Shown one piece after another: positions 33,670-42,321 of a stretch of 64,000 nt of DNA (position 1 is the stretch's first letter; each line of letters starts with the position of its first letter). The notes under the pieces were generated by a model. The model saw nothing but the letters and a program-made list of their open reading frames with translations. It ran no database searches and was not told where the DNA came from. This stretch comes from Patescibacteria group bacterium (GTDB lineage Bacteria > Patescibacteriota > Microgenomatia > UBA1406), in contig JBAYJK010000002.1 in NCBI GenBank assembly GCA_041665145.1, forward strand, positions 104,339 through 168,338. The letters run 5' to 3'. The translations under genes were made by a program, and so were the position numbers.

Positions 33670-34202
33670 ATTGTATGCACCATTGTACTTATGATATATC
33701 CTTGACGCGCAGCCCAAAGCATAAACAGATCAATTGTAGCCACATCTTCATACGATTGTTTGAGTAATAATGGCTGTTGAGTAACAAGTTGGTTCATTCT
33801 TCCTTGTTTAATCGTGTCCAGAAAACCCGCATGAACAATATTGATTGCTGCAATGAGCGTTGCACATTGGTCTTTTTCGTAGGCTGCCATCCATTGCGAT
33901 TCCAATGACTCCAACTTACTTTTGTCTTCCGCTAGCATACCAATACTAAGAGTATGCAGCAAATAACCACCCCATAATGAAAAAAGCAATAATGTTTCGA
34001 CAGTTTCTTGTACGTCTTTGTACCACATCTTCCCATTCAAACGGGCGCTTAGCTCTTCGCCACCAGCCTGTAACACTACCTCAAAACCCGTAACGACTTC
34101 TTTCGGAAGCTGTTCGATCATTTCTTTGCGTTTCTCTACCGAAACATCCAACCGACTTACAAAATCTTGGAATAACTTACTGTACATGTCGTTGTCAGTC
34201 AT
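33666..34202 (-). CDS. Hypothetical helical protein (178 aa)
   Basis: Long ORF in an operon context. No recognisable motif. Confidence 0.5.
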   Translation of the reverse strand: MTDNDMYSKLFQDFVSRLDVSVEKRKEMIEQLPKEVVTGFEVVLQAGGEELSARLNGKMWYKDVQETVETLLLFSLWGGYLLHTLSIGMLAEDKSKLESLESQWMAAYEKDQCATLIAAINIVHAGFLDTIKQGRMNQLVTQQPLLLKQSYEDVATIDLFMLWAARQGYIISTMVHTI

Positions 34203-34225
34203 AATTAGTCTGATAAACTAATAAC

Positions 34226-34573
34226 CTAGGCTTTTTCTTTTCTCACCTCGAATAAATACGCCGCACGGAAGTTTAAGAGTGCCGTAGCAATTTCGGAAGA
34301 AAGGTTCGGAATTCTCTGCTTAAAGAACGCGGTCAATTCTTCGTCTGTTGGGTTTTTATCGAGGAATGCGTTTAATTCTTGTTGGTCCTTTTCGGAAAGA
34401 GCACTTACCAGATGAGTGTTGATGGCCTCATTGACTTCTTTAAGGAGTGCGGCTTTCACTTTCGGCTTTTCCACTTCAGTCAGATTAAGGTCTGTCCGCT
34501 CCGCAAGGATATCATCGATATATGACAGCAGCGCAACGTCGTCCATGAGGGTTGATTTGTTTTTATCGTCCAT
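34226..34573 (-). CDS. Small acidic helical protein (115 aa) with L-S/T-acidic-Q motif
   Basis: LVSALSEKDQQELNAFLDKNPTDEELTAFFKQRIPNL. By recollection only, it resembles small CPR-restricted helical proteins (DUF5663-like). Confidence 0.5.
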   Translation of the reverse strand: MDDKNKSTLMDDVALLSYIDDILAERTDLNLTEVEKPKVKAALLKEVNEAINTHLVSALSEKDQQELNAFLDKNPTDEELTAFFKQRIPNLSSEIATALLNFRAAYLFEVRKEKA

Positions 34574-34605
34574 AGTTTTATAATAACATAACTACATAAT
34601 TTTAC

Positions 34606-35916
34606 TCATGAAGGTCTCACTGCCTCAGCACCCTGCTTCCATGAATTGATATACTGTTTCGCGTCAAAAGCAATACTATTCGGGGTAATCTCATGGTTAT
34701 ATGCCTGCTCAAAATTTCTCAGAGCGGTATCTGTTTGGCCTTTGAGAAGATTATTAACGTATGTACGACCACTCAGGAAGTAGGGACCGTTGGTGTCTTT
34801 TGTCTTGCTTGCTCTCTGATATAACCCGAAAAATGATAAAACAACGCTTCTCGTGGTATATAAATCGCGCTGAATTTCCGGCGTTCCTATCGGTTTATCC
34901 CCAAGCGGATTCCCGGTTACACTATCAGTATCTATTAAATTTCCAACTGCAGTAAAGTTGTGTGTCGAAGCAAACCCGTGAGAAAGTCCATTATTGTGCA
35001 TTCGGGCAAGATATGTACCCATCATTTTAGGCAACCATTCAGTAAAGTATTTCTGAATACTTTCAGAATCATGCACATCCAGCTTTTCAGGAATCGGCAC
35101 CCCCTTTAAGACTTCCTTTCCGGATGCTTTTACCGCACGCAGCCAGGCAAAAACCGGTGACATTAGCTGTTCGAATTTTGCCTGAGTCTGAGCCATTTCA
35201 ACTACATCCTTTATTCGCACTGCAGTTTGTGTTTCTCGTTCAATTAATACAAAATCCGCATGTTGAAAATATTCGATGGCACGTTGAATAAAATTCGGCT
35301 CACGCCGTTCCTTCCGGAAATCTATCGCAAGATGGTTTATAACTCCCCTCTTCCATTTTTTAATAGTCATTTTTTGGCCGAACACCGTAAAGACTTCTTG
35401 TAACGTTCGCACATGTGAAATCCTTTCAGTAGGCAATCCGAGTGAACGCATAAGTTCGGATGCCCGTAGAATACGCTCCAATGTTATAGAATCTTTTAGT
35501 CCCATTACGGCAAGCTGGTTGAAGTTGTATGGGTCGTCTTTAAGCACAATGTCGTGCATAATCGAGCCTTTTTCATCAAATGAGCCAAAAAGATTGCCAT
35601 AAGAATCTCCCCAAACCACCGCACCGTGTGAAAGACTGTCAAGCATTGAGCGGCCATGAGTAACACTGGGACGAATAAACCGCTTTCCTAACAAGGCTTC
35701 TCTGTTCACAAATCGCCGCACTGCCAACATAATGGCATTGTCTGTGGGAAGTTCTTCCCATTGGGAAATGATACTTTTGCCTTTGTCTTTACCACCTGTA
35801 TGAAAGACTGGCTCAAAGGGAAGACCATTCTCTTTTGAAGAATATGTTTCAGTAGTCTGCACTTTCGCGACTGCTTGTCTAAGATTGATGGAATAAGATG
35901 ATTGTGTTTCGTCCAT
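34606..35916 (-). CDS. Protein-kinase-like-fold candidate with a substituted catalytic residue
   Basis: LARMHNNGLSHGFASTHNFTAVGNLIDTDSV parallels the Kdo/RIO-type pattern hH..G..HxDLxxxN....LIDxD, but Phe replaces the catalytic Asp. Upstream ELMRSLGLPT resembles the alphaC / GxP region. Confidence 0.3.
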   Translation of the reverse strand: MDETQSSYSINLRQAVAKVQTTETYSSKENGLPFEPVFHTGGKDKGKSIISQWEELPTDNAIMLAVRRFVNREALLGKRFIRPSVTHGRSMLDSLSHGAVVWGDSYGNLFGSFDEKGSIMHDIVLKDDPYNFNQLAVMGLKDSITLERILRASELMRSLGLPTERISHVRTLQEVFTVFGQKMTIKKWKRGVINHLAIDFRKERREPNFIQRAIEYFQHADFVLIERETQTAVRIKDVVEMAQTQAKFEQLMSPVFAWLRAVKASGKEVLKGVPIPEKLDVHDSESIQKYFTEWLPKMMGTYLARMHNNGLSHGFASTHNFTAVGNLIDTDSVTGNPLGDKPIGTPEIQRDLYTTRSVVLSFFGLYQRASKTKDTNGPYFLSGRTYVNNLLKGQTDTALRNFEQAYNHEITPNSIAFDAKQYINSWKQGAEAVRPS

Positions 35917-35934
35917 TTTATTTATTCCGCATTA

Positions 35935-38900
35935 CTATTTTAATCTCGCTTTTAACGCCGCCTTCTCACTTTCCGGAACTGCCGCAGTCCGGCTTTGCAT
36001 TTTTGCAATCACTGCTGCCATTTGCTGCAGATATTTTGTAAATTCTTCTTTCGTGAGCACGACACCTTCCGCCTGCATTCTGTCTATAATTTCAGGCTCT
36101 GCCAATGTCCGCTCAGCAAGCTGTGCAACGGCACTGTCGATTTCCGCGGACGACTTGGTCTGCTGTAAGGTAACCACCTCTTGGACTAATTCTTCTGGCA
36201 AAGCTTTAAGTTTATTTAATTTTTCGCCGATTTTCCCCAGTTCTCCTTGCTCAAGTATCTGGGCTTCTTCATCTTGGATGCGATAAAGTAATTCTTCCGC
36301 AACAAATCTCTCTTTGATTGCCTCACTATTTAAAATAACCTCATTCGTTTCAGACTTTGGATGACCCCATACTTGGGTAAAAACACTATCTGACAGTTTT
36401 TGTCTCGAATCATCAAGGACCGTTAATTGCCGCGCTTTATAGTCCTCAAACTTCTCACGCAACTGCGTCGTTTCATCATCGGGAAGCTCCACATCTGGTT
36501 CAGGTTTTCGTAAACCCTCCTGTATAGCGCGCTGTTCCTCACGGAGCTCTGCCTCTTCGGCAGCAAATTCAGGCTTCGATTCTATTTCGCCGAGCCTGGT
36601 TGAAATCTCTGTAAGCCTCTTGTCCCGAAGTTGTTTTTGAAAATCCTTAACCTCATCCTCGGTATGCGTCTGATGTGCATCTTCGGAAGGTGCAGGAGAT
36701 CCCCCATCGGCAACTGCCGCAGTTGGCTGCGGAGCATAGTGATAAGCTTCTACACTTTCAAGCGGAGTATAGTTTTCTGGCAGTTCGGTCTTTTTTTCGC
36801 TCCGCTCAACATTCTTACGCCAATAAAGAGGAATTGGCACGAAGTCCACATTCAATTCAAAGGGTTTACCGACAACATTGAAGGTTTCATGTGTAACTGT
36901 TTCGTACGAAATTTCTTCTGTAGTCACAGGAGGTGTCACAATTTGTTCTTGTGCTATTTCAACACCTTGCACCGATGCGGTACCTCCGAGAGTCGCAAAT
37001 GACTGAAACACCGGTTTACCGTCATGAGTTACCAATCGACCGACCATTCCATATCCCGCCTCACCGTTGACTCCGAAATTCCATACATCCCGATGTCCAT
37101 ACAATTCCGTTGCTATATTGCCGTCTTTAAGCTTTTGTAAAGCCTCCTGGTTCACCAACAATTTTGCGGCATCAGCCATGCTCATACTCTGACCATTGTC
37201 AAAAGTTATCATGTGCGTCGTGTCATGCGGGTCAAAAATTATTTTGCCGTCGTGGTTAAAGTCGGGTATAAACATTCCCTCGTCAGGATGACCGGGAATT
37301 GTCACATACATTCCCAGTTGCCCGTCATAGTTTTGAGGGTTTTTCATCATGTCCTGCACGTCGATGTGTTCCGGATTAAGACCGTGTTGCCAGGCTTCTC
37401 CCATATTGCTGTAATCGACCGTCACTGCATCTCCGTTTTTATACGTGTACGCCGTGAGTTCGTTGCCTTGTGAACCCGGCTTGTCGTACGAGTACCATTC
37501 ACGATGATCTGTTTTTGTTGCATGCTCTACAAAAGCACGTTCCCCACCGCCGTGTTGCACCACATCAACAGTCGTGGTTTCTCCCGGCTTGGTAACCAGG
37601 GTTTTAACTTCGTGCATTTCCTGAAGAGGCGGGCCTTTATCTACATTGAACTTCCCTTGAAAATAGTTGCTAGCATCAATCGTATTGTTTGCCTGATCAA
37701 CTAACACTAATTTTCCGCCCTGCACATCGAAGTGATTATTTCCGAGATCAACCACCTCTCCGCTGCGCATGTCTGAAATATAGTGATGTCCGTTGAATTC
37801 TCCATACCGTACTCCAGCATTGAAGTTGATAATTGCATTATCGATTGTTTGCCGATGCCAGAACTCGCCAATCGGGGGCTCTACAAAAGCCCGTGCCTGC
37901 AAAATCCCCTGTTGTAGCGGTGTCGCATCGGTCACCACTTGAGAAATTCCAGCAACAGTATCCGTGCGTAACGGAATTTCTCCGTCAAGCAAAGTTTTTT
38001 TCCAACTTTCTGCGTACTGCCCTAAACCTGCCAGCACATCGCCGGTTGCTTGAACATTATGTGTTGCGTGCACAACCTCTTCATATCCCAGCTTAGCTAC
38101 AATACCGGCAATCGGCGCGATAACTGCAACCTTGCCAACCGTTGTCCAACCTCGTCGGGCGTTAAGCTTTGCCAGCGCGCTCATTGCTTCATTCAACGAT
38201 TTGCCTTCCACCGCAATTCCTGCTGCTGTAGCCTCATTGAGATATGAATTGACAAGCTGTTTACTTTCAGCAAAGCTTTTACCGGTCAAGCGACTGACAA
38301 CTTGAGCCGTTTTTTCTATTTCGTTTCCGGTTCGTAATTTGCCTTCAAAAACAGCCTGCGCCTCAAAAAGTTTACCATCAAGGTCGGATTGGTTTTCGGA
38401 GTTGCGGTGTAATTTCATCACACCTTCTGCGATACTTCCGCGCAGCGCTGCCATTTCCTGTGTTTCCACGTCTTCATGAAAGCGGATAAAGTTTTGTGCT
38501 ATGGCAAGTTTTGTTCCGCTGCGTTTGCTGGATTCATCGGTCAATCGTAAACGGGCTTTCGCATGGGCAACATGCACCACGAGTTGTTTCGTTTCCGCTT
38601 CGGTGAGTGTATCTTTATGTGCAAGAGCCGCAATACTGTCTGTTAGCTTTGAGGCTTCAGTGCTTCCTACGAGCGCTTGTTTGATCATTTCGTTCCGAAT
38701 TGGTGTGTGTTGCCCTTTATCGTGCCCACCGGCATATTCACGGGCAACTTGTTGAAATTCGCTCAAGTAACGACCGGAAATACCGTGAAGTTTGCCGTCA
38801 CGGGACACTACTAACCCACCCTCCTTCAACCCCGCAGTCAAGGCAGTCGCAATCGCACCGCCTATCGGGCTCAAATTCAAGCCTGTCTTTAACGAACCCC

Positions 38901-41418
38901 ATGCGGCACGCGGAGTTAGGGCCAATCCGCCTGCGATGTATGTTCCTCCGTACACTGCAACATCTTTCACTGCGTCTGTTATCCATTTGAATATTCCAAC
39001 CGCAGCAAGTCTTGAGCCATCGGAAACTCCGATCTGCTTCTCTGCGATTCGTTGCGCCAAAAGATGCGTCAGTGTTCCTGCTTCCTTTTTACCACGTACA
39101 CCACCCCATTCACGTTTTCCGACAATAAAATTTAAGTTCAGCCCGTCAAATTCTCGCACTCCGTTAACCTCCGCGCTGTATGCAGTCCAATTATCCTGAA
39201 TAGATTGTGCAATCGGCAGGATATTCGAGCCGAACTCGCTGGTATTAATCAGTTTGCGTTCAGATTCGGGGATAAACGGCAATACGTCTTTTCGGAATGT
39301 TAAATTCACTGAGGCGATAAGCTGTTCCGGTGAAATAGTTTTTTTTGCGTATTCTTCAATGTAATGGCGAACATTTCTGGAAAAAGTGTTATAAACCGCT
39401 TTTGCATCTTCCGAATTGCCTAACAACCCTTCTAAAGCATACCGTGTTTCTCCAAGAGACTCCGAAATAAGATGCTTATTCGTCTGCGTAACCGCGTCTG
39501 CAAACGATTGCCCTTCACGTTGTTCAACAATTGAATATTCGAGACCCATTGCACTCTGTTCGGCAATTCCCCTATCCTTAAACTGTTTGACATACTCTGC
39601 ACCATTCTGTTTAAGCCACTCTTTTGCAAGATGCTGACTGGAGTTTTGTCCGATACCGGTTATACCGGCGAATTTATCCCCCGCCCAGAGTCCGAAACGC
39701 TGCAGAGCACTCTTTTTCTTTCTGAGAAGCGCTCCTTCCGACAACGCTTTCTTAATAACTTCTTGGCTGACATGCAGTGGAATGGAACGGTCCAAACCAC
39801 TCACATTCTTCATAATTTGCATGACATCGGCACTAAAACGTAGGGCTTGTTGTTCAAAAATCGGGCGGAATAGTGAATTCTGCCAAATATATTTAACCGG
39901 ATGGCGGAGGGGCTGGATCAATTTTCCCAGAAGTGTTTTCGGTGGAGGAATGTGCTTACTGTCTTCGGCAAAAGCTGCGTCCCGTAAGGCAATCAAATTC
40001 TGTTCGAGATGATCATGCACTGAAACGAGAGCCATGTTAAACGACTTTCGCAGTTCCTGAACAGGAACCTGTATCGGATTAGGCTCAGGTTCTGGTTCTG
40101 GTCCGCCGCCGTCATTATGAGTATTGTCTTGGTCACTTCCGGGAGGTTGATCAACTTCATCGTTGGATTTTTCTTTTTGATCAGCTAAGTCTTTCAGCGT
40201 ATCCTTCCCCGCCTTATCACCCACCAACTTTTTCGTATGAACAAAATGCTCCGCCCGAGTAACTTCCGATATCCGTCGTTCCATCAGGTCCCCTCCCTGC
40301 AGTGCCGCGTCAAGCAGATCTTCAAAGCTCAGATTCTTCAGGTCATCCCGCATACCTCTACGATGTGGGGAACGGAGCTTTGCTTCTTTAGTATGAGATC
40401 CACCTATGTAGCCAACTCCCTTGTAGGCAGGTTTTGTAAAACTACTCCCCTGACCAACAAAATAATCCACGAGGGGTTTATCTTTTGCAAGTTCCCGTAG
40501 TACACGTAAACGCGTACACATGGCGTTAAACACTGCTGCATCATGCGTGTTTGCCGAAGACGGCATTTCCGAAGGTTTGTCCAGATACGCAATCGCTTTT
40601 TGCACCATCGTATAAAATCGGCGTCGGATGTCGCGCATCTGTTGTTGTAATTGTTTTACTTCGAGTTTTCCAGTCTCAGTTTTGTCTTCCTGTAACTTGG
40701 CTAATTTTCCCTGAATATCTTTTAAGCGAGAGCGATATGTACGCGCCCGACCGGGAAATGAGCCATCTTCAACATCAAGAAGATCGTCTGCAATAAGAGT
40801 AAGGGCTTCAATTGCTTTTTTCGCTTTTTCTGTTCTGTGGAATTCTAGCTTATCTTTATCTGCCGGTTGGATTTTTTCATGTATCGGTTCTAATTGATCA
40901 CTCAATAAACGAACTCCGCCATTTCTGGACACTGTTGCTCGGATATGATCTCTTTTTTCTTCTTTCAGCTCCTCTTGAGTCACCTGTTTTCCCGACCTTT
41001 CCTTCTTCCGTGCGGTCGCGACTTCGATTGCCATAAGTACAATCGGCCATTTTTCCGCAGTCAAGGAAGGTTCCGCTTTCAACGCAGCAAACAGCGGATC
41101 GGCGTCCGTACCGGTTTTCTTCTCATAGTCACCGACAAATCTGAAACGCTTCTCCAATTCACCTAAAAGCTGTAGGTCGTAGTCTGTATCTGACTGTCCC
41201 GTTCCTTGAGGAAAATTTGCTGACGCAATGTGAAGTAGTTGTCCGTTCGTAAAATCATATTCTGCCTGATTTTCTTTAATAAATTGACTGAAAGAGATTT
41301 GTGTTTTGCCGTCAATATAGAACGGAACGGTGTGTCCTTTTATTTCTGCGGATTTTGATGGGCTGGAATCAGCATTAGTGCTACCATCCACAACGATATC
41401 ACCAGATTCGTCAATCAT
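35935..41418 (-). CDS. Giant (1827 aa) protein of unknown function
   Basis: Uninterrupted 5.5-kb ORF. Internal Gly/Ala hydrophobic hairpin VAVYGGTYIAGGLALTPRAAWGSLKTGLNLSPIGGAIATALTAGL. Acidic PEPEPEP linker. Beta-rich region around aa 1150-1500. C-terminal E/K/Q-rich coiled region. Confidence 0.7.
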   Translation of the reverse strand: MIDESGDIVVDGSTNADSSPSKSAEIKGHTVPFYIDGKTQISFSQFIKENQAEYDFTNGQLLHIASANFPQGTGQSDTDYDLQLLGELEKRFRFVGDYEKKTGTDADPLFAALKAEPSLTAEKWPIVLMAIEVATARKKERSGKQVTQEELKEEKRDHIRATVSRNGGVRLLSDQLEPIHEKIQPADKDKLEFHRTEKAKKAIEALTLIADDLLDVEDGSFPGRARTYRSRLKDIQGKLAKLQEDKTETGKLEVKQLQQQMRDIRRRFYTMVQKAIAYLDKPSEMPSSANTHDAAVFNAMCTRLRVLRELAKDKPLVDYFVGQGSSFTKPAYKGVGYIGGSHTKEAKLRSPHRRGMRDDLKNLSFEDLLDAALQGGDLMERRISEVTRAEHFVHTKKLVGDKAGKDTLKDLADQKEKSNDEVDQPPGSDQDNTHNDGGGPEPEPEPNPIQVPVQELRKSFNMALVSVHDHLEQNLIALRDAAFAEDSKHIPPPKTLLGKLIQPLRHPVKYIWQNSLFRPIFEQQALRFSADVMQIMKNVSGLDRSIPLHVSQEVIKKALSEGALLRKKKSALQRFGLWAGDKFAGITGIGQNSSQHLAKEWLKQNGAEYVKQFKDRGIAEQSAMGLEYSIVEQREGQSFADAVTQTNKHLISESLGETRYALEGLLGNSEDAKAVYNTFSRNVRHYIEEYAKKTISPEQLIASVNLTFRKDVLPFIPESERKLINTSEFGSNILPIAQSIQDNWTAYSAEVNGVREFDGLNLNFIVGKREWGGVRGKKEAGTLTHLLAQRIAEKQIGVSDGSRLAAVGIFKWITDAVKDVAVYGGTYIAGGLALTPRAAWGSLKTGLNLSPIGGAIATALTAGLKEGGLVVSRDGKLHGISGRYLSEFQQVAREYAGGHDKGQHTPIRNEMIKQALVGSTEASKLTDSIAALAHKDTLTEAETKQLVVHVAHAKARLRLTDESSKRSGTKLAIAQNFIRFHEDVETQEMAALRGSIAEGVMKLHRNSENQSDLDGKLFEAQAVFEGKLRTGNEIEKTAQVVSRLTGKSFAESKQLVNSYLNEATAAGIAVEGKSLNEAMSALAKLNARRGWTTVGKVAVIAPIAGIVAKLGYEEVVHATHNVQATGDVLAGLGQYAESWKKTLLDGEIPLRTDTVAGISQVVTDATPLQQGILQARAFVEPPIGEFWHRQTIDNAIINFNAGVRYGEFNGHHYISDMRSGEVVDLGNNHFDVQGGKLVLVDQANNTIDASNYFQGKFNVDKGPPLQEMHEVKTLVTKPGETTTVDVVQHGGGERAFVEHATKTDHREWYSYDKPGSQGNELTAYTYKNGDAVTVDYSNMGEAWQHGLNPEHIDVQDMMKNPQNYDGQLGMYVTIPGHPDEGMFIPDFNHDGKIIFDPHDTTHMITFDNGQSMSMADAAKLLVNQEALQKLKDGNIATELYGHRDVWNFGVNGEAGYGMVGRLVTHDGKPVFQSFATLGGTASVQGVEIAQEQIVTPPVTTEEISYETVTHETFNVVGKPFELNVDFVPIPLYWRKNVERSEKKTELPENYTPLESVEAYHYAPQPTAAVADGGSPAPSEDAHQTHTEDEVKDFQKQLRDKRLTEISTRLGEIESKPEFAAEEAELREEQRAIQEGLRKPEPDVELPDDETTQLREKFEDYKARQLTVLDDSRQKLSDSVFTQVWGHPKSETNEVILNSEAIKERFVAEELLYRIQDEEAQILEQGELGKIGEKLNKLKALPEELVQEVVTLQQTKSSAEIDSAVAQLAERTLAEPEIIDRMQAEGVVLTKEEFTKYLQQMAAVIAKMQSRTAAVPESEKAALKARLK

Positions 41419-41439
41419 ATTAATAATAGTAGCAAAAAT

Positions 41440-42261
41440 TTAGGATTGACTACCCATACTTTGCAGGCCCGGAAGTACAACAAGAAGCATAAAAGCGAGA
41501 GTAACGACAGCTCCCCCTTTTACGAGGGTATTAACGACATTTGGTTCATATCCTTGATCAAGAGCACTAGCAGCAATTCTTTCCGCCTCAGCTGGTGTCA
41601 GTTCAGGATATGCTTGTTTGATTAAGTCGGCGTATTGGCTAACAGCAATTCTTTTCTCGCCCTCGTTCATCTTAGCGACTACCTCCGCCGCCTTAGCACT
41701 TTTTAGTGTCAGACCATTATACTCAAGCAGCTTAGCCACAACCGCCTGCACTTGAGGTTCGTATTCATGCACGACGGTCCCATCTTTTTTAAGGGGATCA
41801 ACAATCGACTGCAATGCATTTTGATCTATACCTAACTCGGGCGCATACTTGACAAGCGCGCCAATAAGCATATCTCTATTTTTTACCCTATCAGGTTCAT
41901 CTCCTACAAAAAATGCCGCAGTCATACTTCTTCTATGCTCTCTTTGGCGTTCTTCGAGAGTTAATTCTTTTTTAGCTTCCGGCACTGCTGTTGGAGCAGC
42001 TTCACGTGTTGCAGGAGTTGGTTGCTGAACATCCGGAGACGGCGCTTCAGGAGCTGGAGCTGACTTAAGAGCTGGGGGAGCGGCAGCAATTGCAGCCGCA
42101 ACATCGACTTTTTGTGGAACCGTAACCATTCCGTCGGTGGAAGGAACAGTTACTGGCGTAGCATCTGGTTTTGCAGTTCCTAGCAGCCCCGCGTCAACTG
42201 CGGCAGTTGCCGGGGGGGATTTCACTAGTGGCTCCACCAATCCTATACTTGCTTCATCCAT
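41440..42261 (-). CDS. Ala/Pro-rich protein with C-terminal membrane anchor
   Basis: 273 aa. N-terminal low-complexity A/P/T region. C-terminal GGAVVTLAFMLLVVLPGL. Preceded by TGcTAATAT-6 nt-ATG. Confidence 0.55.
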   Translation of the reverse strand: MDEASIGLVEPLVKSPPATAAVDAGLLGTAKPDATPVTVPSTDGMVTVPQKVDVAAAIAAAPPALKSAPAPEAPSPDVQQPTPATREAAPTAVPEAKKELTLEERQREHRRSMTAAFFVGDEPDRVKNRDMLIGALVKYAPELGIDQNALQSIVDPLKKDGTVVHEYEPQVQAVVAKLLEYNGLTLKSAKAAEVVAKMNEGEKRIAVSQYADLIKQAYPELTPAEAERIAASALDQGYEPNVVNTLVKGGAVVTLAFMLLVVLPGLQSMGSQS

Positions 42262-42267
42262 ACGTGT

Positions 42268-42313
42268 ATATTAGCACATTTTCATTTGATTTCTTTTTAC
42301 AGGCTACTATACT
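42268..42313. promoter_or_regulatory. Divergent promoters at the right edge of the 24-gene block
   Basis: Minus strand: extended -10 TGcTAATAT (42268-42276), 6 nt before ATG 42261. Plus strand: TTGATT (42286-42291)-16-TATACT (42308-42313)-8 nt-ATG 42322. Confidence 0.4.
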
Positions 42314-42321
42314 AGTTAGTA

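Noticed and set aside
36053-41166. About 25 short ORFs on the plus strand, and in other frames, within the giant gene
   Set aside because: All are embedded antisense or out of frame in a 5.5-kb uninterrupted minus-strand ORF. None has promoter or start-site support.
21579-42261. Prophage, ICE or plasmid-derived island
   Set aside because: I see no integrase, recombinase, terminase, portal, capsid, relaxase or T4SS ATPase motif. There are no flanking direct repeats and no adjacent tRNA. The promoter and leaderless start-site style matches the host genes.
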